Below the pieces are notes generated by a model. It ran no database searches, was not told the DNA's origin, and was given only the letters and a program-made list of their open reading frames with translations. Below, piece by piece: positions 1 to 9,940 of a stretch of 64,000 nucleotides of DNA. The translations under genes and the position numbers were made by a program. The number at the start of each line of letters is the position of its first letter. Within the stretch, counting starts at the first letter, position 1. This stretch comes from a bacterium (GTDB lineage: Bacteria > Zhuqueibacterota > Zhuqueibacteria > Residuimicrobiales > Krinioviventaceae). The stretch covers positions 1,888,001 through 1,952,000 of the forward strand of contig OY843751.1 of assembly GCA_963693055.1 (NCBI GenBank). The letters run 5' to 3'.

Positions 1-2356
1 ACAATATGCTTTCGATCCTCATTCGGAAGATTATCGTGTAATTGAGATTAATGCACGTCTGTCCCGAAGTTCCGCACTGGCATCAAAAGCAACCGGTTAT
101 CCTTTAGCGTTCGTGGCTGCAAAACTGGCACTGGGATATAGTTTAATTGACCTCCCCAACTCTGTTACAAAAATAACCAAAGCCTGTTATGAACCGGCAC
201 TTGATTATATTGTTGTTAAAATTCCAAGATGGGACTTGAAAAAGTTTAAACAAGTCTCGAAAAAAATCGGTTCCGGAATGAAATCTGTTGGTGAAGTAAT
301 GGCAATCGGAAGGACCTTTGAAGAAGCATTGCAAAAAGGTCTGAGAATGCTTGAGATTGGCGCCAATGGTATTGTGCAGAATCCCAGTATTACAATAGAT
401 GATATAAAGCTGGAGCTTGAAGAACCCACGGACTTGCGGGTTTATGCAGTACCAGAAGCCTTGAAACAGGGCATGACAGTTGACGATATACACAAATTGA
501 GTCATATTGACCGATGGTTCTTGTATAAAATTGAAAATATTGTTCGCATTGAAAAAGAGTTGTTTGGTGTTGGCGAACAGCGTTGTCCCAGAGATTTGCT
601 GCTTGAAGCAAAACAAGCAGGCTTTTCTGACAAGCAGATCGGTTTGATTTTGGCTAAAGATGAATTAGAAGTCCGACAGCTTCGTCAGAATTATGGTTTG
701 ACTCCCTGGGTAAAACAGATCGATACCCTTGCAGCCGAATATCCGGCGCAAACCAATTATCTATATCTGACATATAACGGTCAGGAAGATGATTTGTCAT
801 TTCTTGATAGAAATGCAGTGATGGTTTTGGGAAGCGGTGCATACCGTATAGGCAGCTCGGTCGAGTTTGACTGGTGTTGTGTAAACTCTGTTAAAACCCT
901 CAAAGATTTAAATTACCAGACCATTATGGTCAATTACAATCCCGAGACTGTTAGTACGGATTATGATGAATGTGATAAACTGTATTTTGATGAAATTAGC
1001 TTTGAAACCGTTGTAGATATTTATGAAAAAGAAAAAGCTACCGGTATTATCATCTCCATGGGCGGGCAGATCCCCAATAACCTTGCATTAAGATTGGACA
1101 AATTTGGTGTCAAGGTGTTGGGAACATCCGCAAAGAATATTGATAATGCTGAAGACCGCCACAAGTTTTCAAAATTGCTCGACGATATAGGTGTAGACCA
1201 GCCGGAATGGAGCGAGCTTACATCAATGGATGAAGCAAGATCCTTTGCGGAAAAAGTTGGGTATCCGGTGCTTATCCGTCCATCATATGTTTTAAGTGGT
1301 GCGGCAATGAGCGTGGCGTCAAACGACGCAGAGCTTGAAAAATATTTGGGAAAAGCTTCTGATATTTCTGCTGACCATCCTGTAGTGATGAGCAAGTTTA
1401 TTGAACGCGCCAAAGAGATAGAGATTGATGCGGTAGGGCAGGATGGAGAACTTTTGATTTATGCCATCTCTGAGCATGTTGAAAATGCGGGTGTGCATTC
1501 GGGTGATGCTACCCTGGTGCTGCCACCCCAACGCACCTATCTGGAAACTACTCGACGTGTGAAAAAAATAGCTCGCAAGATTGCCAAAGAATTAAGAATA
1601 AATGGTCCATTTAATATGCAGCTTGTAGCCAAAGACAATGATGTTAAAGTGATTGAATGTAACTTGCGTGCATCTCGAAGTTTTCCATTTGTCTCCAAGA
1701 TTTTCAAAGTTAATTTTATTGACCTGGCAACCCGGGTAATTATGGAACGTCATGTTCCCAGAATCGATAAATCGGTATTTGAACTGGATTATGTGGGTGT
1801 TAAGGCTCCACAGTTTTCATTTACCCGATTGATTGGTGCTGATCCTACACTGGGTGTTGAAATGGCATCTACAGGTGAAGTAGGGTGTATTGGCTCGGAT
1901 TTTGAAGAAGCGTTTCTGAAATCTCTGATCTCGGTTGGTTACAAATTGCCGGTAAAAAATATTCTGCTTTCCACAGGTCCTATTGAAAGCAAAGCCGAAT
2001 TTTTAAACAGTACACGTCTGCTTGCGGATATGGGAATGAACTTTTTCGCAACCGGTGGAACCGCTCGATTTATGGAAGATAATGGATTTGAGGTAACACA
2101 TTTGCATTGGCCACTTACGAAAAAAAGCCCCAATGTGATTGATTATCTCAGTGAGAAAAAAATAGATTTGGTAATCAATATTCCCAAGAACTTTCAGGAA
2201 GAAGAACTTACAAATGATTATATCATCCGGCGTAAAGCAGTGGATTTTGCTATCCCCATGTTTACCAATTTACAGTTAGCCAGACGGTTTGTTGAAGCGA
2301 TTAGTCGTAAAAATATTAAGAGTTTGGCAATCAAAAGCTGGAGCGAATACGAATAG
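1..2356 (+). CDS. carB: Carbamoyl-phosphate synthase large subunit (5'-truncated by window edge)
   Basis: Frame is open from position 2 (QYAFDPHSEDYRVIEINARLSRSSALASKATGYPLAF). Motifs MKSVGEVM, GSGAYRIGSSVEFDWC, NPETVSTDYD, RPSYVLSG, EHVENAGVHSGDA and a C-terminal MGS domain. Confidence 0.97.
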   Translation, partial: QYAFDPHSEDYRVIEINARLSRSSALASKATGYPLAFVAAKLALGYSLIDLPNSVTKITKACYEPALDYIVVKIPRWDLKKFKQVSKKIGSGMKSVGEVMAIGRTFEEALQKGLRMLEIGANGIVQNPSITIDDIKLELEEPTDLRVYAVPEALKQGMTVDDIHKLSHIDRWFLYKIENIVRIEKELFGVGEQRCPRDLLLEAKQAGFSDKQIGLILAKDELEVRQLRQNYGLTPWVKQIDTLAAEYPAQTNYLYLTYNGQEDDLSFLDRNAVMVLGSGAYRIGSSVEFDWCCVNSVKTLKDLNYQTIMVNYNPETVSTDYDECDKLYFDEISFETVVDIYEKEKATGIIISMGGQIPNNLALRLDKFGVKVLGTSAKNIDNAEDRHKFSKLLDDIGVDQPEWSELTSMDEARSFAEKVGYPVLIRPSYVLSGAAMSVASNDAELEKYLGKASDISADHPVVMSKFIERAKEIEIDAVGQDGELLIYAISEHVENAGVHSGDATLVLPPQRTYLETTRRVKKIARKIAKELRINGPFNMQLVAKDNDVKVIECNLRASRSFPFVSKIFKVNFIDLATRVIMERHVPRIDKSVFELDYVGVKAPQFSFTRLIGADPTLGVEMASTGEVGCIGSDFEEAFLKSLISVGYKLPVKNILLSTGPIESKAEFLNSTRLLADMGMNFFATGGTARFMEDNGFEVTHLHWPLTKKSPNVIDYLSEKKIDLVINIPKNFQEEELTNDYIIRRKAVDFAIPMFTNLQLARRFVEAISRKNIKSLAIKSWSEYE

Positions 2357-2384
2357 ATTTTAAAAGAATATATAACTGATTTGC

Positions 2385-2417
2385 AAGCCCTTTTAATTTT
2401 GTTAAAAGGGCTTTTTT
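2385..2417 (+). terminator. Rho-independent terminator after carB
   Basis: AAGCCCTTTTAA-loop-TTAAAAGGGCTT followed by a T run. Confidence 0.85.
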
Positions 2418-2590
2418 ATTTAAATACAAAATGCAGTGAGCGCAAAGAATTCGCCGTGGTCGCAAAGCGAACCATCAGAGTATTGTTATTACATTTCATT
2501 ATAAGCCAAAACCAATCTTTTCCTTATTCGTGTAAATTTGTGTTTTTAGTGTTTTCACGTTCTATTTTTTATTTTCCAATGTACCAAAAT

Positions 2591-2623
2591 AAAAAATCCC
2601 CGGCATTAAATAACTGCCGGGGA
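2591..2623 (-). terminator. Rho-independent terminator of the hybrid kinase gene
   Basis: TCCCCGGCA/TGCCGGGGA stem preceded by an A run (U tract on the minus strand), 30 bp past the stop. Confidence 0.8.
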
Positions 2624-2654
2624 AGACCACTGTGACGTGTTGTATTGAATAATA

Positions 2655-4235
2655 TCAGCTATAAGAGAGATCGAATAATGTGGCCAGTTTTTGACTTGTT
2701 AGGGGTTTGGATACCAGCTTTTTAATGCCTGCAGATTGGGTCGTAGCCTCATTTACGCTGTTTATGTATCCTGTACAAAGTATGATAGGTATGGTCGCAT
2801 TGGTATTTATCAGTGAACGTGATAATTCAAGTCCGTCCATGTTTGGCATATTCAGATCTGTTACAACCAGATCATAAAATTCTGGATTGCTGTTGAAATT
2901 ATCAAGAGCCGTTTTTCCATCACTGAATAAAGTGACCTTGTGTCCCATTTGTTCGAACAACATGCCTTGTACCTGAAGTACATCCTGATCATCATCAACC
3001 AGCATGATGTGTAATTTTTTTTCATCTGTTGTCATAAAATAGTCTTGGGCCATTTTTTTCTTTTCTTCTACCAAAGAAGGCAAATAGACATGAAAAATGG
3101 TACCAGAACCCGGTTTGCTTTTAACCGTTATGTCACCCTCATTGTTTTTTACAATGCTGTGAACGGTTGCAAGGCCAATTCCTTTACCCTTGCCTTTGTC
3201 TTTGGTGGTGAAATAAGGATCGAAAATCTTGCTTATTATTTCCTGCGGAATTCCTGATCCTGTATCTTTAATACATATATCTATATACTTGCCCGGTTTC
3301 AAGTTTAAAAGTTTAGAATTCAAAATTTCATCGGTATACTCGTGCTCACTCAGTTTGACAGTCAACTCTCCACCGGATTCTTCCATAGCATGAATAGCGT
3401 TGGTACAGAGATTCATCAATATCTGATGGATATGTATTGCATCTGCGTTGATTCTTGAAATACCGGCTTTTACCGTGTGTTCAATTTTAATATTATCAGG
3501 AGCCAGTCCGGAAATGAAATTCAAAACTTCTTTGATAATATTTTCTACCTGAATCGGTTCTTTTTTCTGTGTTTCCGGTTGTCCAAAAGTATGAATTTGT
3601 TTTACCAGATCTTTGGCCCTGCCAGCAGCTTTGGAAATATTGTTAACATATTTATAAATATTACCTTCATTGGGCACCAGCTCAATAAGTAGATCCGAAT
3701 AGCCAATGATGGGGCTGAGGATGTTGTTTAAATCATGTGCTATACCTCTTGCCATTTTACCTATTGAATCCATTTTTTCTGCCTGCTGTAAACGGATTTG
3801 CAGTGTTTTATTGCGTTGTCGGGTTTTGCAAAGTTGGGTAATATCGCTTACAAATCCTTCATAATACAATATGTTATCATCATCTTTGACGATGCGAACG
3901 TTTTCAGAAATCCAGATTTTTTCATCATTTTTTGTATGAATTTGAGAAACAAAATCCTTAACAATTCCATGGGTTTGCATTTCATGAATAAATTCCTGCC
4001 GACGTACGGGATCAACATACAATTGGTCAGCAATATTGGTAATAGATTCAATCAGTTCTTCAGGTGAGTCATAACCATACATTCTTGCAAGTGAAGGATT
4101 AACATTTAAATATTGGCCATCGGGGGTACTTTGAAAGATACCCTCAACAGCATTCATAAATATAGAATGATAAACATTGTCAATGTGCATAAATTCTCCA
4201 ATATCAGCGTCGTATATTTTCATGTCCTGTCCCAC
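2655..4235 (-). CDS. PAS-domain hybrid sensor histidine kinase/response regulator (cytoplasmic)
   Basis: N-terminal PAS (NAVEGIFQSTPDGQYLNVNP), H-box GIAHDLNNIL, N-box NLCTNAIHAM, DTGSGI, IFDPYFTTK, GKGIGLA, and receiver VDDD...TDLNMPNMDG...KP. True start may be the ATG at 4223. Confidence 0.93.
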   Translation of the reverse strand: MGQDMKIYDADIGEFMHIDNVYHSIFMNAVEGIFQSTPDGQYLNVNPSLARMYGYDSPEELIESITNIADQLYVDPVRRQEFIHEMQTHGIVKDFVSQIHTKNDEKIWISENVRIVKDDDNILYYEGFVSDITQLCKTRQRNKTLQIRLQQAEKMDSIGKMARGIAHDLNNILSPIIGYSDLLIELVPNEGNIYKYVNNISKAAGRAKDLVKQIHTFGQPETQKKEPIQVENIIKEVLNFISGLAPDNIKIEHTVKAGISRINADAIHIHQILMNLCTNAIHAMEESGGELTVKLSEHEYTDEILNSKLLNLKPGKYIDICIKDTGSGIPQEIISKIFDPYFTTKDKGKGKGIGLATVHSIVKNNEGDITVKSKPGSGTIFHVYLPSLVEEKKKMAQDYFMTTDEKKLHIMLVDDDQDVLQVQGMLFEQMGHKVTLFSDGKTALDNFNSNPEFYDLVVTDLNMPNMDGLELSRSLINTNATIPIILCTGYINSVNEATTQSAGIKKLVSKPLTSQKLATLFDLSYS

Positions 4236-4384
4236 TGCAAAGAATGGGCCAAAAAATGATGATTTTTTGGTGCGTAACTTGTTAATTTACAATACGTTTT
4301 TTGAAGGTGTTTTTGTATGTGTTTCCTGAATGAGATTCAAACATGAGGGGTGTGAACAGGATGGGACAATTCAATTATGAGGGA

Positions 4385-4420
4385 AATACCTCGGTATTAT
4401 CTGTAATATACCGGGGTATT
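4385..4420 (-). terminator. Hairpin/probable terminator downstream of barrel gene 1
   Basis: AATACCTCGGTAT...ATACCGGGGTATT inverted repeat 8 bp beyond the stop at 4428; U tail is short. Confidence 0.55.
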
Positions 4421-4427
4421 GTGCAAA

Positions 4428-5783
4428 TTAATGTGAATATTGTAACTGCAGGCCGGCAAAAGATAAACCATTGCTTACTTTGCCGGCTAAAAAATTACAG
4501 TTGAACATATTATTAATTTTGTAGCTAAAACCAAAAGTGGTATTATCCTGTTCAAGTTTATAATCATTTATTTCATAATCGGTATTGGGATAAGATACCT
4601 GGGGATCATTTTCAATTTTACTTTTGGTATAGGTGAAATTTAATTTGAGTTTAGGAGTTAAAGCCAAAAGAAAAGCAAATGATAGATTTTGTTCTTTATC
4701 TCCATACTCGTAAAGATAGTGATCACTGCTGCGTTTTAGATTTTGGGTTTTTCCATTTTTATACTGATATGCCCAACATAAAGTTAATACGTTTTGAATT
4801 GGAATTTCAGCACCTGTTGAGATTGTAAAAGTAGAAATATCTTTTTCAGTATTCGGTTTTACTGTATAGGTATTGGTTTTATTCTCCGGATTTTCAGGAT
4901 CAAAATACCAGTCCGGATTATATTCACTATATGTATACTCGAACCTTTCTTTAAAATTATACTTTTCATAGTCTCCTTGTAACCTGAAACGTATTAATGA
5001 TGTTTCATAGTTTAATAAAAGATTGTATTCTGGTATTGTACAATTCAAGGGTTTAAATACATAAAAGTCGTTCAAGGTAACAGATAATTGATCTGATGAT
5101 GATGAAAAATCCTTGAAATATGCAACTCTGCTTTCTTGACCGGTTGATTCTTTTCTTTGATAATTTTCAATTTTTATTCCCGGCACAATTGAAAAATTTG
5201 GATGAAATTTGTATTCAAATCCCACTCTTGCAATGTGTGAAATGCTTTTACCGGCTGTTTTGTATCGGTTATATATGGATGTCATGGTATAATAATTAAT
5301 ATATTTATCAAAATTATAATTTTCTGATTTTTGCATTTGATATGATAAACCCGCTTTTATTTTGGGCGATAAATACCTACTAATAGTAAAAGTGGCATTA
5401 TAAAATTTGTGATTAAATTCTTTTTGATAGAACAGATTGTTATTAAAACCCGTATAATTGTCCAGCAATTGACCATCAAGCATAACACCCAGATTCCAGG
5501 ATTTATATGGCATAAACATATAGAGATGCGTTCCATTGAGTGGCAGATGCAGCTTGTCAGGCTCGCCTTTTTCGTCATATTTACCACCCGTAAAGAGTGT
5601 AAAATGATCAAAATCCATCATGGCGGGATTCAAATATGAATCCATAATGGGATCGGCAATAGCTCCGGTAATGCGTTCGCCTGCCTTGCTTTGCAGTTCG
5701 AGTGAAACGGGGGATTGGGCTAAAAGAATATTTGTTGTTAATGCATACCATACTACCGTTAATAACCATAATCTGTTTCGCAT
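4428..5783 (-). CDS. Putative outer-membrane beta-barrel protein (FadL/PorV-like N-terminal NPA plug), paralog 1
   Basis: Sec signal peptide, YLNPAMMDF motif, alternating aromatic-rich beta strands, C-terminal LQLQYSH. Confidence 0.6.
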   Translation of the reverse strand: MRNRLWLLTVVWYALTTNILLAQSPVSLELQSKAGERITGAIADPIMDSYLNPAMMDFDHFTLFTGGKYDEKGEPDKLHLPLNGTHLYMFMPYKSWNLGVMLDGQLLDNYTGFNNNLFYQKEFNHKFYNATFTISRYLSPKIKAGLSYQMQKSENYNFDKYINYYTMTSIYNRYKTAGKSISHIARVGFEYKFHPNFSIVPGIKIENYQRKESTGQESRVAYFKDFSSSSDQLSVTLNDFYVFKPLNCTIPEYNLLLNYETSLIRFRLQGDYEKYNFKERFEYTYSEYNPDWYFDPENPENKTNTYTVKPNTEKDISTFTISTGAEIPIQNVLTLCWAYQYKNGKTQNLKRSSDHYLYEYGDKEQNLSFAFLLALTPKLKLNFTYTKSKIENDPQVSYPNTDYEINDYKLEQDNTTFGFSYKINNMFNCNFLAGKVSNGLSFAGLQLQYSH

Positions 5784-5844
5784 GAAAATCTCCCAGTTTG
5801 AAATTGTTTAATTTGGAATTTAAAAAATAGCAAAAAAATATTAT

Positions 5845-7215
5845 TTACAAGCATAACTTGAACTGCATGGCATAAAAAGACGGTGTATTATAAAACTCTC
5901 GGGTACATATAAAATTGCCAGCCAGGCTGTCTGTTATTGACATTTTAAAACCGATCCAGTCAATGTTTTTGGTTTTATATTTTGTTCCATTAATACTTGT
6001 AACATTCATTGCATAAGTCAATATAAATTGAGGTAAAATCCTGAAATGTAATCCATATGATATTTGGTCCACATTTTTGCTATGACTGGAATGACCTGGT
6101 TGATCTTTTGTATAAGGTCTGTCTTTGAAAAAATTCATATCATATTGATAGATGGTTTGAATATCATAATTTGTGCTAGTCATGGATATATAATTATTTA
6201 TTCGATTAAAAATATTAAATTCAATGCCAATTCCTACTGCCAATGTTTGTATGGACTTGTTTTTATATTGTCTATAGTCAAAAAAACTGGAACTGTATTC
6301 AATACTATCCTGGGGCATTATCGTTATTATGCTTGATCCTTCATGATGTAGATGCGCTGTTTCAGTATATTTTAGTTTATTATAGTTTCCCCAAAATCTT
6401 GTTTTAATGTTTTTATGAATATTATAGCTTCCAATTAAAGAAAACGTACTTTGGGGAAAATTAAAAGCAGGATAATTATCATTGTTGTATGATATTGAAT
6501 CATAAAATTTTACATAAAAGTCATTATAATTATATATATAATTGCTTTTAGAACGAATGGTATATTGATTATTATATAATTCTTTATTTACTAATGAATA
6601 GGAGAATGAGGGGCAAATATACAGCTTTTTCTTAAATTTTAGTTTGCCGCCAATTGTGAGTTTTTTTATTCCCATATCTCCTTGAATTTTGTAAAGCGGA
6701 TCAAGAATGTACTCATTACCTGTATAGTTGTAAATAGTATTGTATTCATCATATGTGTTATTTCGCTTTTGGTATTCCAATGATAATCCCAAACTGTGAT
6801 TTGTGCTCAATTTTTTTGATATCGAGAATACATATTTTTCATTAATATGATCCAGATTTGGATTTTCATAATAATAAGTATCAAAATATATTGTGTTTAT
6901 TATTTTATCTGCCATTATACCAAAAGACCAGGATTTGTAAGGGATAAATATATATAGGTGTTGTTGATCAAAGTATGATTGAGAAATATTGTCTAGTTCT
7001 TCAATCCTTGTAAAACGTGCACCGCTATATATTGTTGGCTTTTCAAAATCCATCATGGCGGGATTGATATAAGAATCCGTAATAGGGTCAGCAATAGTAC
7101 CCAATATTTTTTCACCGGCTTTGCTTTGTAGTTCGAGTGAAACCGGTTGCTGTGAATATACTGATTTACATACAAATAATAAAATTGTTAAAAGAAACCA
7201 AAATTTATTTGGCAA
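5845..7215 (-). CDS. Putative outer-membrane beta-barrel protein, paralog 2
   Basis: TTG start, signal peptide, shares SLELQSKAGE...IADPI.DSY.NPAMMDF with the neighbouring gene, Tyr/Asn-rich beta strands. Confidence 0.6.
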   Translation of the reverse strand: MPNKFWFLLTILLFVCKSVYSQQPVSLELQSKAGEKILGTIADPITDSYINPAMMDFEKPTIYSGARFTRIEELDNISQSYFDQQHLYIFIPYKSWSFGIMADKIINTIYFDTYYYENPNLDHINEKYVFSISKKLSTNHSLGLSLEYQKRNNTYDEYNTIYNYTGNEYILDPLYKIQGDMGIKKLTIGGKLKFKKKLYICPSFSYSLVNKELYNNQYTIRSKSNYIYNYNDFYVKFYDSISYNNDNYPAFNFPQSTFSLIGSYNIHKNIKTRFWGNYNKLKYTETAHLHHEGSSIITIMPQDSIEYSSSFFDYRQYKNKSIQTLAVGIGIEFNIFNRINNYISMTSTNYDIQTIYQYDMNFFKDRPYTKDQPGHSSHSKNVDQISYGLHFRILPQFILTYAMNVTSINGTKYKTKNIDWIGFKMSITDSLAGNFICTREFYNTPSFYAMQFKLCL

Positions 7216-7352
7216 AGCGTACCCCTGTCATTGTAATATTCTTGATGATGAAGATTGATATATCCCCCGATATTTCTTTTGGCCCGTAAAAGTTAACTAT
7301 TCATTGATTGTTTATTTTAAACTCTTTTCATACTTGAAAAGTTCCCCGTAAC

Positions 7353-9734
7353 TTATAAATTGAACCGGTAAGAGCATTTTAATAATAGTATTCTATCGTC
7401 AAAATCAAAATTTCGGGACTCTCCGGTAAAAGATTCGTCAGAGCGGCCTTCGTTGTAAGCGAGGTATAAAAAGCTGCCGGGACGGTATTCCCAACTAATA
7501 AGCGTGCTCAACAGATACTGGTTTTCTGTAACTTTGTCACCATACCAGGTTGTACCAAAATTTCCCTGCATATGTAAACGAAAATAAAAATCTTTATTTA
7601 ACATAAAGGTGGTATAGGATGAGAATTGCCAGAATTCACCATCTTTATTATCAATAGGATTGAATGTCTTTGTATATTCACCTTCAAGGGTGGAAAGGAT
7701 GTGAGAGTGCAAGCGGCCGGTTCCTGCCAGGGTCACGCTTTGCAGTGATCCCACATGTTTTTGCTTAAAGTTGTAAAAGGTACCACCATTTGCACCCAGA
7801 ATCATTTCAATCCTTGCTCCCTTGTTTACGGGGCGGGATGTGAAATTAGCCATCCAGGTATTTTCAGTATAGGTCTCAGTGATCTCGCTGCGTTGAGCTT
7901 GTTGAAAACCGGCGACAAAGATCATTTCATTCATCAATTGTACTTGAAGCTCTTCTTCCACACGCCAGTTTTGAAAATCTCGTTTTCCGGGGGAAATATT
8001 GGGAATGCCACCTTCACCAGTCATTATTTCACCAAATTCAGGATTATAATCAATACCGTAATTATCGCCTAACCAGTCTTCAATGTACTTGTTTGTAAAA
8101 TGATCATAGCTGATTTCACCTTCGGTAGAGAAGCTGATGCGGCGGAGAACCTCACGGTTCAGTCGTGGGCCATAACGAAAGCCCGCTTCGTATTCGGTCT
8201 CGCCGCGATTGGCTTCTTTGCGCATATAGCCGATTCGATTAACTTCAAAATAGGGATCGGTATGTGTATAACCCAGCGACATCCCGAAATCGTCCCCGGT
8301 TGTTGTCAGTAGGGCATAATATGCATTGCTGTTGTCAGTATGCTGTTCCGTTTGTCCGGTAGCTGCTTGAATATCCAATAAAATATTTTTTTTCACCACA
8401 AACGAACCATCAACACCCAGTACGCGGTTATATTCATTGTCGTGTTCTTTAGTGGCGCCCAAAATACCGATATTGCTGGAATTGAAAACATCTTTTTTAA
8501 CTCGAAAAACCGCATAGCTGGCTTCTTCAGAGGCTGTATTTTCTATCTGGCTGTGTGACAGAGCAGATTCACCGGTGAAACAGCTAATTGCACCAAATTC
8601 AAATCCTTTTGCCAGTTTACCGGTCATTTTACCGCCACCCAGAATGTCGCCCATGGCGCCAATACGTCGGCTGTAAAAAAGTTCGAGCGGGGTGTTAAAG
8701 ATATTTGTCCGTTCCGTGAAAAAAGGACGAAGTTCCTGAAAACGGGTGGGGTAACGGGTCAGATTTATTTCAACCACATCTGCATCTATTTGGGCAAAAT
8801 CAGGATTCACAGTCAAGTCTGCTGTAATACTGGTGGAGGGACTGTAACGAAGATCCAGACCATAATTTAGTTGCCCGCTTCTTGGGTCTGGCGCGGTCTG
8901 TTCCATTCCGGTAAGTATATAGGGGCGAATCTCAAAATTACGTCCGGCATTGATATTTTTAATCCCGGTAATATGGCCCAAAGTAGACATGCGTGTGGTC
9001 ATGTCCCATTCCCACAAGTGCGGTTTCCATTGCCCTCTTGAGCCGTTTTTGGAAATATTTCGCATCACATTAAAGCCAAAGATATGTTCCTCCAGGTCAT
9101 TAAAGCGCAGGTTGAAAAAAGGGATTTTAATTTCCGCATACCAGCCTTTTTCGTCAATTGTAGCTTCAGAGTACCAAACTCCGTTCCAGTTGCGGTCGCG
9201 TTTTATATCATCATATCGCAATTCATCACCTTGAACACCGGCAGGGGAGACGTTGAATTTGTAACCAGTTCGGTGGTCATGAAACGTATCCAGAAACAGG
9301 TTTAGGTTGTCAGGTACGTTTGAACCACGCGGAGTGACCAGATTCACGATTTTATTGGGTTCACTGTCCCAACACCAAACTCCAATATAGAGGTTATTTG
9401 CATCGTACAAAACCGCGAATTCGGTTTCATCAGACATGGGTACCAGCGGATAGGGTTCTTTTTCAAGTAGATCATCTTTGTGCTCTGCAAGGTGCCATTC
9501 TTTTTCATCCAGAATGCCGTCAATATTGATTTCAGCATCATCATCGAGCCTTAGGGCCTCAATGCTGTATAGTTCTATTAATGTATCGTAAACAGCGGTC
9601 CGGACCGAGTCGATATAGGACTGTTCAAAATATTTGGGATCAATATCTCTCTGGCTGTAAATATTTGTTGTAAAGAATAAGAGTAAAAGTGTGAGTGTTG
9701 GAATGAAAAGAATAACTGTTTTTTTGAACTGCAT
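7353..9734 (-). CDS. CBM9-like + DUF5916 outer-membrane protein
   Basis: Signal peptide, IDGILDEKEW, LDTFHDHRTGYKFNVSPAG, TVNPDFAQIDAD, ELRPFFTE, LFYSRRIG, WEYRPGSFLYLAYN, C-terminal YRFNL. Confidence 0.85.
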   Translation of the reverse strand: MQFKKTVILFIPTLTLLLLFFTTNIYSQRDIDPKYFEQSYIDSVRTAVYDTLIELYSIEALRLDDDAEINIDGILDEKEWHLAEHKDDLLEKEPYPLVPMSDETEFAVLYDANNLYIGVWCWDSEPNKIVNLVTPRGSNVPDNLNLFLDTFHDHRTGYKFNVSPAGVQGDELRYDDIKRDRNWNGVWYSEATIDEKGWYAEIKIPFFNLRFNDLEEHIFGFNVMRNISKNGSRGQWKPHLWEWDMTTRMSTLGHITGIKNINAGRNFEIRPYILTGMEQTAPDPRSGQLNYGLDLRYSPSTSITADLTVNPDFAQIDADVVEINLTRYPTRFQELRPFFTERTNIFNTPLELFYSRRIGAMGDILGGGKMTGKLAKGFEFGAISCFTGESALSHSQIENTASEEASYAVFRVKKDVFNSSNIGILGATKEHDNEYNRVLGVDGSFVVKKNILLDIQAATGQTEQHTDNSNAYYALLTTTGDDFGMSLGYTHTDPYFEVNRIGYMRKEANRGETEYEAGFRYGPRLNREVLRRISFSTEGEISYDHFTNKYIEDWLGDNYGIDYNPEFGEIMTGEGGIPNISPGKRDFQNWRVEEELQVQLMNEMIFVAGFQQAQRSEITETYTENTWMANFTSRPVNKGARIEMILGANGGTFYNFKQKHVGSLQSVTLAGTGRLHSHILSTLEGEYTKTFNPIDNKDGEFWQFSSYTTFMLNKDFYFRLHMQGNFGTTWYGDKVTENQYLLSTLISWEYRPGSFLYLAYNEGRSDESFTGESRNFDFDDRILLLKCSYRFNL

Positions 9735-9890
9735 TTTACTACCCTACCTGATATGTTTTTGCCATATCCGTAATTGGATCAAACGGATGATTTTAATCCA
9801 TAATTGATTTACATAATTTTACAATTTAATAAAAGTGAAAAATTGTAAATTTCTCTCTTTTTAGTATTCTGTTGATTATTAGAATAACTG

Positions 9891-9919
9891 TTGACGATTT
9901 TGATTGTAATTTGTATTTT
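9891..9919 (+). promoter_or_regulatory. Candidate sigma70 promoter for the sulfatase
   Basis: TTGACG-17 bp-TATTTT upstream of the GGAGG RBS (about 9932) and the ATG at 9941. Confidence 0.4.
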
Positions 9920-9940
9920 AAAATTCAACAGGGAGGAGTA

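Noticed and set aside
2381-2635. 84-aa ORF after carB
   Set aside because: It overlaps two terminators, has a TTG start without an RBS and shows no protein-like features; spurious.
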